Shown here one piece after another: positions 1 to 10,169 of a stretch of 47,772 bases of DNA; within the stretch, counting starts at the first letter, position 1, and each line of letters opens with the position of its first letter. Origin of the DNA: an uncultured candidate division Zixibacteria bacterium (GTDB lineage: Bacteria > Zixibacteria > MSB-5A5 > GN15 > FEB-12); contig CALCCW010000295.1 of assembly GCA_937900185.1 (NCBI GenBank), positions 1 through 47,772 of the forward strand, read 5' to 3'. Below the pieces are notes generated by a model. It did no database searches, had not been told where the DNA came from, and saw only the letters and a program-made list of their open reading frames with translations. The position numbers were made by a program, and so were the translations under genes.

Positions 1-1
1 C

Positions 2-1114
2 ATGTACTTTGTTGACATTGGATAATAGAGGGTCACATAACCATGCACCCGATTCATGTTTTTTCCCTTTGGCGGCAGCGGCAATACCAACGGCATAAGT
101 TGTTTCGTTATTGATATTCATTTTGACCAGTTTATCTTTGAAAACTTTTGAATTGAGACCATTTGTTCGTGCGGTCAATATTGCCGAACCAATTTTTATA
201 TCACCTTGTCCGGCTACGCAACCTCCGATTGATGCTCTGTACGGCATCACAAAATATCCGACAGTTGAGCCGGTATATTTAGTCTCTCCATTCATAAAGA
301 CTCGATCGTTTGGAATAAAGACATCTTCAAAAAACAGATATGCCTGAGTAATTCCCCCTTCAGTAACAGGATTATCAAATCCGTCTTCTTCATCTCGTCG
401 GTCACTTGGATGACGAGTTTCTACAATTGTTAACCCTTCAATATCTTTTGGAATGACAAATGCCACCGCATACGCTGCATCTTCTTCTCTGTATCCGGAT
501 CCCGGAAGAATAAATATTTCATTGGCAGCAGCAACACCACATATCATAACTTTAGCACCACGAACAACAATTCCATCATCACGCTTTTCTACGACATGTA
601 AGAAAAAATCTTCATCATCCTGCTGTGATGGTGATTTAGTGCGGTCACCCTTGGGGTCAGTCAATGCTCCTGAAATTGTAATATCCCTTTCTTGAGCATT
701 TTCAAGCCAAGTCAAAAAACGTTTATGATAGTCAGTTTTTAAATCCCTATCCATTTCAAAGGTTGAAATAAACATTGCATTCAGTGCTGTCCATCCTGCA
801 CATCTCCCACCGGTACAAGTACCGGTAAGATGAAACATCAGTCGTTTCATTTCCGAGTTGGCGTACATATCTTCAGCTGATTGAATAATAGAAAGATAAC
901 GGCTGATTGTTTTACCTGTTATATGTGATTTTGTTGTTAATAAATCTTTATAGCGGTCATCAAAAGCAGCTTTGAAAGTCCAGCCATGACCTTCGACAGT
1001 TCGTTTTGTTGCAGGGTTGGTAGTAACATCTTCTATCAATTTATCAAATTTATACATATTCGGACGCATTGATTGAAGTGACTGCAAATATTCTTCATAA
1101 GTTTTAATTGACAT
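2..1114 (-). CDS. 4-hydroxybutyryl-CoA dehydratase / HpaB-family flavoprotein (AbfD-like), 3' end outside window
   Basis: Not in the ORF track. Manual translation from ATG at 1114 gives MSIKTYEEYLQSLQSMRPN...TGTCTGGRCAGWTALNA...GALTDPKGDR...VVRGAKVMICG...FEDVFIPNDRVF...GGCVAGQGD, and the frame stays open to the window edge. Confidence 0.85.
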   Translation of the reverse strand, partial: MSIKTYEEYLQSLQSMRPNMYKFDKLIEDVTTNPATKRTVEGHGWTFKAAFDDRYKDLLTTKSHITGKTISRYLSIIQSAEDMYANSEMKRLMFHLTGTCTGGRCAGWTALNAMFISTFEMDRDLKTDYHKRFLTWLENAQERDITISGALTDPKGDRTKSPSQQDDEDFFLHVVEKRDDGIVVRGAKVMICGVAAANEIFILPGSGYREEDAAYAVAFVIPKDIEGLTIVETRHPSDRRDEEDGFDNPVTEGGITQAYLFFEDVFIPNDRVFMNGETKYTGSTVGYFVMPYRASIGGCVAGQGDIKIGSAILTARTNGLNSKVFKDKLVKMNINNETTYAVGIAAAAKGKKHESGAWLCDPLLSNVNKVH

Positions 1115-1167
1115 AAAAATCTCCTGTTGTAGTAAAAAGGCTCTTTGTCTCTTTAATAATATATACT

Positions 1168-1185
1168 TTGTGAAATAAATAACAA
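1168..1185. promoter_or_regulatory. Rex-like operator
   Basis: TTGTGAAATAAATAACAA closely matches the Rex consensus TTGTGAA-N4-TTCACAA and lies upstream of the AbfD-like gene. Confidence 0.55.
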
Positions 1186-1243
1186 GGGAAAAGTTGTACG
1201 AGTGAAAAGGGTTAGTCAACAAACCCAAATGTGTAAGTTATTA

Positions 1244-2986
1244 TTAAATTGTACGCTTGAGAACAATCATCGTAAAATCGTCAAAAATATGTTTTTTCGA
1301 GGCGAACTTATTGACTGCTTTATATATAGCATCTCTGATTGCGGTTGTAGATTTCTTGCGGTTTTCCTGAATAATGTCAATAAGCCGTTCTTCGCCAAAC
1401 TGCTCGTCATTGTCATTAAATACTTCAACAACACCATCAGTATATAAAATCACAATATCATCTTTATTAATATAGACCGGACGTTCTTCATAGGTTGCAT
1501 TCGGTACAACCCCAAGCACCGGACCGCCTTCTTTAAGTCGTTCTATCGTTCCATCAGTTCGTAAAAGCAATGGAAGGTCATGCCCGCAGTTGGAGAAAGT
1601 AAAGATATGATTTTTCACATCCATCACACCATAAACGGCAGTCACAAAATTGCCGGGCTTCATTGATTCATATAAAAGTTGATTTACTTTTTGACAAATA
1701 ATACGGATAGAATAATTATTGCGAATCTCAGCAATCATTGATGCCCGAAAAGATGCCATCAATAATGAAGCAGGGATCCCTTTACCGGAAACATCGCCAA
1801 TAGCTATACCAATCTGATGATCGACTATTTTTATAAAATCGTAATAATCACCGCCGACTTGACCGGACGGAATATTTTCACCGGTAATATCATATCCTTT
1901 GATGGTCAGTTTAGTTTTGGGAAGGAAGGACATTTGAATATCACGGGCGATAGACAACTGCTGACCGATTTTGTTGCTTTCAACCAGTTCATCGTGGAGT
2001 CTGGCACGTTCTATTGATATTGCTGCTTGAGCGGCAAATGCCGTGAGCAAGTTTAAATCATTTTGGTCATATGCATTTAGTTGTGATGATTCTATATTAA
2101 AAACACCTACAACCCGACCATCAACTTTTAACGGTACTAACATTTCACTTTTGGTCTTATGATGCAAATTGATATAGTTTGGATTGTCGGCAACATTTGA
2201 TACAATAATAGGTGCTCCGTTATCTGCAACATGACCAACTAATCCCTGCCCATATTTTAAATGTATTTGTTCCTCAGAACAGTCTTCATAACCAAGAGTG
2301 TAGAGTGATTCAATTTCTGATTCATCAGTATTAATAATAAACACTCCACCCGCATCAAATTCAATAGCCTGCTTTAATGAATCGACAATGACGTTCAACA
2401 ACTCATTTAACGAAAGCGATCCGGAAAGTTTTTCACCAATTTCAATTAAAAGATTTTTTTCAAGTAGTTCCCGTTGTGCCTCACGGTACAAATTGGCATT
2501 ATCAATTGCGACAGCTATTTGGTTGGCAAGACCTTCCAAAAGAGCTAAATCTGCATCTGAAAATTCACCATCATTTTTATTAATAGCTTCAATTACCCCA
2601 ATCATCTGACCTTTACCTATAAGCGGAATTGAAATTATAGATTTTACATCTATAGCAACTTCTGCCCACATATCGGCATCATATCGTGTATCATTCTGAG
2701 CATCGTTGATTATAACCGGTTTTTTATACTGAGCAACCCAACCGACCACGCCGGAACCTAAATCCCGCTCAAAAACCTGCATTTGACAGCCGGCTTTACA
2801 ATTCATATAGCGAATTCTCATCACAGAATGGGTGTGATCTACCCGAAATACAAGTGCAGCCTCACAATCGACCGCATCAGATACCAGTTTCAGCACTATT
2901 TCTATTAAGTTTTCATACTCTAATGTTGAATTAAACCGCTTAGCGGCATCAAGTAAGAGTTTTTCGTTTTTAGAATGATTTACCAT
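1244..2986 (-). CDS. RsbU/SpoIIE-family PP2C phosphatase with two N-terminal GAF domains
   Basis: Two GAF repeats; VGGDYYD, GDVSGKG, LYTDG and DDFT PP2C motifs. Confidence 0.92.
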   Translation of the reverse strand: MVNHSKNEKLLLDAAKRFNSTLEYENLIEIVLKLVSDAVDCEAALVFRVDHTHSVMRIRYMNCKAGCQMQVFERDLGSGVVGWVAQYKKPVIINDAQNDTRYDADMWAEVAIDVKSIISIPLIGKGQMIGVIEAINKNDGEFSDADLALLEGLANQIAVAIDNANLYREAQRELLEKNLLIEIGEKLSGSLSLNELLNVIVDSLKQAIEFDAGGVFIINTDESEIESLYTLGYEDCSEEQIHLKYGQGLVGHVADNGAPIIVSNVADNPNYINLHHKTKSEMLVPLKVDGRVVGVFNIESSQLNAYDQNDLNLLTAFAAQAAISIERARLHDELVESNKIGQQLSIARDIQMSFLPKTKLTIKGYDITGENIPSGQVGGDYYDFIKIVDHQIGIAIGDVSGKGIPASLLMASFRASMIAEIRNNYSIRIICQKVNQLLYESMKPGNFVTAVYGVMDVKNHIFTFSNCGHDLPLLLRTDGTIERLKEGGPVLGVVPNATYEERPVYINKDDIVILYTDGVVEVFNDNDEQFGEERLIDIIQENRKKSTTAIRDAIYKAVNKFASKKHIFDDFTMIVLKRTI

Positions 2987-3081
2987 AGTGAATATAAGGT
3001 ACGTTTTTATAAGAGTATGTCAAATATATATTTGATTAAGATTTAATTCAATTTATATTAAGATTTCTAAAGGAGATAAAA

Positions 3082-3546
3082 ATGACTAACAAAATTATAA
3101 TTAAACCAATTGCCTTTGTTAAAAACAACCGAAAAGAACCGACCGATGATAACTGGTCGAAAATAATTTCTATGATTGAATTGGCAGACGAAATACCAAC
3201 AGAATCATTTGACGGTATCAATACTTTTTCGCATCTGCATATTCTCTTTTATTTTCATAAATCAGAAAAAACTGTATATGTAGGACACCCAAGAGGGAAC
3301 AAAGAGTACCCAAAAGTTGGAATTTTTGCACAACGCAAAAAAGACAGACCTAATCATTTAGGGCTGACAACTGTAAAGTTGCTAAAACATGAAGGACGGA
3401 TATTGACAGTTTCTCATCTTGATGCTATCGACGGTACCCCGATTATAGACATCAAACCTTTTATCAATGCATTTTTACCACAAGATAAAATCAAACAACC
3501 TGACTGGACTTTAGATATAATGAAGAAGTATTGGAAGAAAGAATAA
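3082..3546 (+). CDS. trmO: TrmO/TsaA-family SAM-binding tRNA methyltransferase-like protein
   Basis: GIFAQR..DRPNHLGLT and LDAIDGTPIIDIKPF motifs. Confidence 0.8.
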   Translation: MTNKIIIKPIAFVKNNRKEPTDDNWSKIISMIELADEIPTESFDGINTFSHLHILFYFHKSEKTVYVGHPRGNKEYPKVGIFAQRKKDRPNHLGLTTVKLLKHEGRILTVSHLDAIDGTPIIDIKPFINAFLPQDKIKQPDWTLDIMKKYWKKE

Positions 3547-3696
3547 TTCTTATCTTTGTTATTTTAACAAAAAAAGTTTAGACATCCCCAAACCCTATAA
3601 AAGACAGGACAATGTTTTGTCGAAACAAAAAATCCTGCCAAAACAATAGAATAAACATTCCTGTCTGTTCTTTATGTAGAACAAGATTTTAACTTT

Positions 3697-3749
3697 TTAC
3701 TGTTTATCAATAAAAAAACATTGACAAACAGTAATAAATTGCCGATAAT
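3697..3749 (+). promoter_or_regulatory. sigma70 promoter overlapped by a 15-bp inverted-repeat operator
   Basis: TTGACA (3721-3726), 17 nt, GATAAT (3744-3749); TTACTGTTTATCAAT-N8-ATTGACAAACAGTAA inverted repeat with 1 mismatch. Confidence 0.6.
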
Positions 3750-3824
3750 AAGTATGACACTGAAATAGTAACGACGCAGGAAAAGGTAAGCTCATGATCT
3801 ATAACCGAATAACAATTTAACTAT

Positions 3825-4688
3825 ATGGAGGAAGATATGGCATTAAAATTCAAATGTAAGCATTGTGGTGAGGAGCTTATAGTTTATTATCTCAAAAAAG
3901 GCGAAGAAGCTCAATGTAAAAAATGTGGGAAACAGACAACAGTACCAGAATCATCTGATTCCCTTGAATTAACAAGACCTGTACCTATCCCTCGTCCTAA
4001 TCCGCTGATTATACAGGATGAAGAGCGAAGACAAGAGCTAAGCCGAGAGAGCATCGCTCGAATACCATCTGTAAGGTTTACAAAATGGATACTGGATGTT
4101 GTTTGGTATATAGGGATTTTCTTTATTGTATTTTGTATTTTAGGTAAGGTAGTAGGTGGGGTAATAGATGTAGGTCTCTTTAGTGATCAAACTCTTGAGC
4201 TGCCGATTAGGGTTCGTTTTAACGAGCCGCCAAAGCTGATCCCTTGGGAAGATGTTGCAGGTCAAACTCGTGCAGATGGTATGGTTCTTCTTGGTTATAA
4301 TTACAGTATATATAAAATGCCGGGTGGGAACTGGCCATCATCGGTGGTCGTTGACCTATTCCTGAGTGCAATGTTTGTGATGGGAGCGACTTATTTATTG
4401 AGAAGAATATTTCGTGCAGTCATGGATGGCAAGCCATTTTCAAAACAGAACTCAGTTGATTTTCGGCGAGTCGGTTACATTGTCGCACTGTGGGGGCCAA
4501 TCTATGGTACTTTCAATTTCATACAAGGAGGATATTACAATCCATGGCTTGGTTTGGCAAATGCACGTGTCAGTGTTGAACTACATTGGTACCCAAAACT
4601 TATCATCGTTGGTATGGTGATAATAGTTATTGCTCATCTGTTTGAGTTAGCTTCACGTATTCAAAGCGAAAACGAACTGACAATATGA
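3825..4688 (+). CDS. DUF2975-family membrane protein with N-terminal zinc ribbon
   Basis: About 4 TM segments; GKPFS..N and C-terminal IQSENELTI typical of DUF2975; CKHC...CKKC at the N-terminus; followed by the usual XRE partner. Confidence 0.75.
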   Translation: MEEDMALKFKCKHCGEELIVYYLKKGEEAQCKKCGKQTTVPESSDSLELTRPVPIPRPNPLIIQDEERRQELSRESIARIPSVRFTKWILDVVWYIGIFFIVFCILGKVVGGVIDVGLFSDQTLELPIRVRFNEPPKLIPWEDVAGQTRADGMVLLGYNYSIYKMPGGNWPSSVVVDLFLSAMFVMGATYLLRRIFRAVMDGKPFSKQNSVDFRRVGYIVALWGPIYGTFNFIQGGYYNPWLGLANARVSVELHWYPKLIIVGMVIIVIAHLFELASRIQSENELTI

Positions 4689-4698
4689 GGACAGTAAC

Positions 4699-4923
4699 AT
4701 GACTATCATAGTGAACCTTGATCTTATGTTAGTTCGGCGAAAAATGACCCTGACCGAATTAGCGGAGAAAGTGGGCGTTACTATTGCTAATTTGTCTATC
4801 CTCAAGAAAGGTCACGCTCGAGCAGTGCGGTTTTCGACACTCAATGCAATTTGTGAAGCACTTGATTGTCAGCCCGGTGACATTTTGGAATTTGCAACAG
4901 AAGCGGAAGATACAACAACGTAG
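4699..4923 (+). CDS. XRE/Cro-CI (YozG-like) HTH transcriptional regulator
   Basis: LTELAEKVGVTIANLSILK...AVRFSTL.AIC.ALDCQPGDILE. Confidence 0.92.
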   Translation: MTIIVNLDLMLVRRKMTLTELAEKVGVTIANLSILKKGHARAVRFSTLNAICEALDCQPGDILEFATEAEDTTT

Positions 4924-5226
4924 CCCTGACGATTATATGTCTTCAGGCAATTCTTATTTAAACGTTCTGTCAGTTCCTGATTCACTAAAAATGAATTGAG
5001 AACTGACATTTAATCGTTGGTTTTCAACCCTCTAAAAAGAAACAGAAACCAATAAAACATTTTATTTTTTTTAACCTGTCTCAAAAGCAGAACCCTCCAC
5101 CCTATTTCTGCTTTATTCTCCCCTAAAATGCAATAAAATTTTCTCTTGATTTAAGTCATTTTTTTTAGATTATCATTGATTATAGTACTCTACGTTTATT
5201 ACGATATTAACATGCGATTAGAGGAT

Positions 5227-5655
5227 ATGCTCGTGATTTCAAAAACATCTGTACATGCAACACTCGCTTTGGTCTATTTAGCCCAAATCGACAAGGACAG
5301 CTATGTCGGTGCCTCACAAATCGCTGAAAATATCAATGCTCCCAAAAATTATCTTGGGAAGTTGCTTAATAGATTAGCCGCAGAAGGGCTTTTAGAGTCA
5401 ATCAAAGGATTTGGTGGGGGCTTTCGATTGGCAAAACAATCATCAAAAATTTCTATTTTCAATATTGTAGAACCGATTGATTCAATTAGTAAATTAAAAG
5501 GTTGTTTTTTAGGACAAACAACTTGTTCTTGTGATAAAACATGTGTGGTACATAATAAATGGGATAAAATTCGCTCGGATTATCTGCATTTTCTCAAAAC
5601 AACAACAATAAAAGATATAGTTGAAAAGGATATCTCTTTAAAAATAGAATCATAA
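5227..5655 (+). CDS. Rrf2-family transcriptional regulator
   Basis: YLGKLL..L...GLLES.KG.GGGFRLA and the Cys cluster CFLGQTTCSCDKTC; ATG at 5227 follows a GAGGA RBS (track start 5176). Confidence 0.9.
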   Translation: MLVISKTSVHATLALVYLAQIDKDSYVGASQIAENINAPKNYLGKLLNRLAAEGLLESIKGFGGGFRLAKQSSKISIFNIVEPIDSISKLKGCFLGQTTCSCDKTCVVHNKWDKIRSDYLHFLKTTTIKDIVEKDISLKIES

Positions 5656-5704
5656 CAAAAATGAATTATGTAGTTAATAATTTTTCAAGAAAGGATTTAC
5701 ACGT

Positions 5705-7930
5705 ATGAAAAAACTATGGGTTGGGTTTATAGCCGTAGTTGCAATCTCATTTACAATTCTTGGATGGTCCGGTTTTAAGATTTATCAGGAAAAACCGCCT
5801 ATTCCGGATATGGTAGTTACTACAACCGGAGCAGTAATTGTTCCATCTGGCGGGATTACAGCGGGTCAGAATGTTTGGCAGGCTATGGGTGGTATGGAAC
5901 TTGGCTCAGTTTGGGGTCACGGCTCTTATGTTGCTCCTGACTGGACTGCCGAATGGCTGCATCGTGAGTGTGTTTTCATTTTAAATCAATATGCAAAAGC
6001 AGATTTTGATCGTTCGTATGACGATTTAAACGAAGAACAGCAGGCTGCTCTACGTCAGCGTTTAAAATCACTTCTAAATAAAAATACATACGATCCCAAT
6101 ACTAATACACTGGTTTTAGACCCGATAAGACTTTTGGCATACAAAGCAAATGTTGCTTATTATGTTGATCTCTTTACTAATGGTAAAGAAGAGTTTGCTA
6201 TTCCTGTCGGAGCTATAAAAGATCCTGCTCGAATCAAACAGATGGCATCGTTTTTCTTCTGGTCTGCCTGGGCAGCATCAACTCATCGTGTTGATGATAA
6301 TATTACCTATACCAATAACTGGCCCCATGAGCCTTTGATTGACAACAGCCCAACATCTGATTCCTATATTTGGACAGGCTTTTCAATTCTTACGCTTCTA
6401 TTAGGTATTGCTTTATTGGTCTTTTACTATGTAAAAAATAAGGATGAGAAATCTATTCTTGAGAATCTTCCAAAAGAAGATCCTCTGCTTGGTTTTACAC
6501 CTACACCATCACAAAAAGCATCAATACTCTACTTTTGGGTGGCGGCGGCTCTCTTTATAATTCAGATGTTATTAGGAATTATCATCGCTCATTACGGAGT
6601 TGAGGGTCAGGCTTTCTATGGTATTCCAATTGCTGAATTTCTACCATACGCTGTTGCCCGTACATGGCATACCCAGCTTGGTATTTTTTGGATAGCAACA
6701 TCATGGCTGGCAGCAGGACTTTTTATTGCCCCAATAATTTCCGGTTTTGAACCTAAATTACAACGGTTAGGCGTGAATGTTTTACTTGGTGCCTTAGTTG
6801 TTGTTGTACTTGGTTCTATGACCGGTGAATGGCTCTCGATTATGGGTTATTTTAAAGGTGATATGTGGTTCTACTTTGGTCATCAAGGATATGAATATGT
6901 TGACCTTGGAAGAATTTGGCAGATTGCTCTTTTTGCTGGATTACTAATATGGGTTTTCCTTGTCGGAAGATGTATTCTGGCTGCTATCAGAAAAAAAGGT
7001 CCTGACAAAAATCTCTTATCAATGTTTTTAATCTCTATCATTGCAATCGGTGGTTTTTATGGAGCCGGCTTAATGTGGGGTAAAAATACACATCTCTCTG
7101 TTGTTGAATACTGGCGTTGGTGGGTTGTCCATCTTTGGGTGGAAGGTTTCTTTGAAGTTTTCGCCACCGCAGTTATCGCAATCTTGTTTACAAAATTATC
7201 TTTACTTCGTATGAAAAGTGCTACAAACGCTGTTCTCTTTTCAACTACTATATTTTTAACAGGCGGTATTATAGGAACTCTGCATCATCTTTATTTTTCC
7301 GGAACTCCAACAGCTATTATGGCACTCGGTTCGGTATTTTCGGCTTTAGAAGTTGCCCCTTTGACAATAATCGGATTTGAAATATGGGAAAATATTCGTC
7401 TTTCAAGATCTACCGCATGGGTTGAAAAATATAAATGGCCTATCTATTTCTTTGTAGCGGTCGCATTCTGGAATATGATTGGAGCGGGACTATTTGGGTT
7501 TATGATAAATCCGCCTATAGCTCTCTATTATATGCAGGGCTTAAACACAACTGCTGTCCATGCTCACACTGCTCTCTTTGGTGTGTACGGTATGTTGGGA
7601 CTCGGCTTGATGTTGTTCTGCCTACGGGTGAAGCATGTTAGACAGGTTTGGAATCAGAAAATTATTAAATTTGCTTTCTGGGCAATTAACATCGGTCTTA
7701 GTATGATGGTTCTGTTCAGCTTGCTGCCTATCGGACTTATGCAAACCTATGCCTCTGTTGATAAAGGCTACTGGTATGCCCGTTCAAGTGAGTTTTTATA
7801 CTCGTCAACCATTACAACCTTAAAATGGATGCGTGCCCCGGGAGATACTATTTTCGCTATTGGTATTTTGGTGATAGTTCTTTTTATCTTTGGACTTTCA
7901 ACAGGACATTCATTAAAGAAAAAAGATTAA
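5705..7930 (+). CDS. norZ: Quinol-dependent nitric oxide reductase (qNor)
   Basis: GSVWGHGSYVAPDWTA, WHTQL, WWVVHLWVEGFFEVFA, GTLHHLYF and HAHTALFGVYG motifs; 741-aa single-subunit form. Confidence 0.96.
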   Translation: MKKLWVGFIAVVAISFTILGWSGFKIYQEKPPIPDMVVTTTGAVIVPSGGITAGQNVWQAMGGMELGSVWGHGSYVAPDWTAEWLHRECVFILNQYAKADFDRSYDDLNEEQQAALRQRLKSLLNKNTYDPNTNTLVLDPIRLLAYKANVAYYVDLFTNGKEEFAIPVGAIKDPARIKQMASFFFWSAWAASTHRVDDNITYTNNWPHEPLIDNSPTSDSYIWTGFSILTLLLGIALLVFYYVKNKDEKSILENLPKEDPLLGFTPTPSQKASILYFWVAAALFIIQMLLGIIIAHYGVEGQAFYGIPIAEFLPYAVARTWHTQLGIFWIATSWLAAGLFIAPIISGFEPKLQRLGVNVLLGALVVVVLGSMTGEWLSIMGYFKGDMWFYFGHQGYEYVDLGRIWQIALFAGLLIWVFLVGRCILAAIRKKGPDKNLLSMFLISIIAIGGFYGAGLMWGKNTHLSVVEYWRWWVVHLWVEGFFEVFATAVIAILFTKLSLLRMKSATNAVLFSTTIFLTGGIIGTLHHLYFSGTPTAIMALGSVFSALEVAPLTIIGFEIWENIRLSRSTAWVEKYKWPIYFFVAVAFWNMIGAGLFGFMINPPIALYYMQGLNTTAVHAHTALFGVYGMLGLGLMLFCLRVKHVRQVWNQKIIKFAFWAINIGLSMMVLFSLLPIGLMQTYASVDKGYWYARSSEFLYSSTITTLKWMRAPGDTIFAIGILVIVLFIFGLSTGHSLKKKD

Positions 7931-7953
7931 TATTTAGATTGTTATATATACAC

Positions 7954-7992
7954 AAAAGCAGTAGAGCTTAAAAATGCTCTGCTGTTTTTTTT
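7954..7992 (+). terminator. Rho-independent terminator after norZ
   Basis: AGCAGTAGAGC...GCTCTGCTG stem followed by a T-run. Confidence 0.6.
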
Positions 7993-8205
7993 ATGTATGT
8001 CATACTTTCCGCCTCGGCGAAAAGAGTTTTGAAACACATGTCGGACAGGTGGCAAGCCCCCTTGTGGTGTGGAAATATTCAATGAGAATAGAAACAAGCC
8101 CTAAAGCCGTGGTGTTCTGACTGCGACCGCATAATAAAGGCAGGTCTCAAATTAAGAACTGCCTTATTAATCCTTTAGTAAATCAAAAAATGCTAATTAT
8201 TCATC

Positions 8206-10140
8206 TTACTTTTTAGACTCTTTCGATGCTTCTTCCCGCTGTAATTTTTTGTACCATCTTGGATGATGATGTTCTATTTCTTTCATCGGCATATCACCAT
8301 TGAGCCATGTAAATGACATTGGGTATTGATCGGGATGGAATATGACAAAGAAGAAGTGGAAAACACCAATTGCAAGCATTGCTAACCACGCTTCATAGTA
8401 ATGAACTGTCTCAGAGACTGAAACTATCCAGCCCGGGAATATTGAAGTGTAAAATGTCGGAAACCACAGTACAGTACCGGTAAATACCATCACAAATGTT
8501 CCCCAAGCTAATGCCCAATATTCTGCTTTCATGGTATAGTCGAAATAACCGAATTGAGGTTTGTCTTTGCTCATACCTAAGTAATAAAGTATATTCTGTT
8601 TAATTTCTTTAATATCAGACCATTGAGGAAGCATTTTTACAATTTTGGTACGACCATCTTTGGTAGCCATAACATATATAACATGATGAATAGAAACATA
8701 TATCATCAATACGGCAGCAGTACGATGCACAATACCCCGAGCAGATTCAAACAGACCGGAGAAGTTAATAATATTCACCCACCATGCATTTGGAAACCTT
8801 AAACCAAAGCCGGTGATAACTAATATTATAAAAGTTACCGTTATAATTATATGTTGAAAAACTAGATTACCATTTAATCGTTTTACAGATTTTTGAGTTT
8901 TTAAATAACGATTTTTTAGTATCAGATATCTGATAAAAATTATCGCATTATGAGCAAGCATTCCACCAATAACTACAATAATAAGAATGATATAAATAAC
9001 TTTAATAAGGTGATTTATCTCAAAATATTTATCTGTATCACTCATGTGTGTATAACTTGCCGCAAAAGTATCATTTGCATCGGGGTGACATTTCTGACAA
9101 GTTTTAGTACGATTATTCAGATTTATAGATGAAGCAGGATTAGATGCCGGTAAAATATCATGAGCATTGTGACAAGAGGCACAATTTGCCGCTTTCACAG
9201 AACCTCCATGAATTGCCAGTCCGTGGTAGGTGTCTTGATAGGTTGTAAATCTATCTTTGTTAAACCCATATTTCGCTGCCATACGAGTATCATTATGACA
9301 TTTTCCGCAAACGTAATCGGAAATATTAGCATTATTAATCGGAGAATTAGAATTATTTGTACTTAAAATCTCATGCTCCCCATGACAATCAACACAATTA
9401 GGTGCATCTAATATTCCAGCCGCCAATGCTTTTCCGTGAATTCCCCTGCTGTATTTAACATAAATCTCTTCGTGACATTTTGAACAGGTTTTAGGGATAT
9501 TCATTTTATTTACTTTAGAATCTGAATGAGAGGCAAGTTTTAAATCATGTACTCCATGACAATCAGTACATGTTGCCGCAGTTTCTATACCCTCTGAAAA
9601 ACGTTTGGCATGAATACCTTTCATATATCGACCCGATATGCTGGATAATTTGATATCAGGGTCTTTTGACAACATATTTTTCTCATGGCAATTTGCACAA
9701 GTTTGAGCAATATTATTACGTGCTGTCATTGACTCTGGATTTTCTGACGACCTGATGTTATGGGTACCATGACATGATGAACAGGTAGGTGCCAAATCGT
9801 TATGTTTAGCCATGCCGTGGACTGAAGTTGCAAATTCTGCTGCAACATCATCATGACAGCTTGCACAATCAACCTTGGCAAGATTTTCTTCATGTGGAAA
9901 ATCATCAACTCCTTCTAAATCAGCATGACAGTCAATACATGATAAATCTGCATGCACCGATAAATTTAAGGAATCTGAGGTAACAAACATTGACACTTCT
10001 TTACCGTTATGATTAATTCCGGTAAGTTCAGAATCATCATGGCAGGAAAGACACGTTTCGTTATCATCCTCAGCTGAGACAGACAACCCAAAGCATAGAA
10101 TGATACTTAAAAGATAAATAATTAGTTTTAATCTATTCAT
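8206..10140 (-). CDS. CbcL-like fusion of multiheme cytochrome c (11 CXXCH) and cytochrome b
   Basis: Signal peptide, 11 CXXCH, then a multi-TM FdnI-like cytochrome b domain with His ligands (FQH, VHR, VHYYEA, FHFF). Confidence 0.88.
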   Translation of the reverse strand: MNRLKLIIYLLSIILCFGLSVSAEDDNETCLSCHDDSELTGINHNGKEVSMFVTSDSLNLSVHADLSCIDCHADLEGVDDFPHEENLAKVDCASCHDDVAAEFATSVHGMAKHNDLAPTCSSCHGTHNIRSSENPESMTARNNIAQTCANCHEKNMLSKDPDIKLSSISGRYMKGIHAKRFSEGIETAATCTDCHGVHDLKLASHSDSKVNKMNIPKTCSKCHEEIYVKYSRGIHGKALAAGILDAPNCVDCHGEHEILSTNNSNSPINNANISDYVCGKCHNDTRMAAKYGFNKDRFTTYQDTYHGLAIHGGSVKAANCASCHNAHDILPASNPASSINLNNRTKTCQKCHPDANDTFAASYTHMSDTDKYFEINHLIKVIYIILIIVVIGGMLAHNAIIFIRYLILKNRYLKTQKSVKRLNGNLVFQHIIITVTFIILVITGFGLRFPNAWWVNIINFSGLFESARGIVHRTAAVLMIYVSIHHVIYVMATKDGRTKIVKMLPQWSDIKEIKQNILYYLGMSKDKPQFGYFDYTMKAEYWALAWGTFVMVFTGTVLWFPTFYTSIFPGWIVSVSETVHYYEAWLAMLAIGVFHFFFVIFHPDQYPMSFTWLNGDMPMKEIEHHHPRWYKKLQREEASKESKK

Positions 10141-10169
10141 TTTAAATCCCGGTTAAAATGATAATTATA

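Noticed and set aside
111-695. Plus-strand ORFs 111..347 and 453..695, and similar short antisense or alternate-frame ORFs across the window
   Set aside because: They are shadows of well-supported genes on the opposite strand or in another frame
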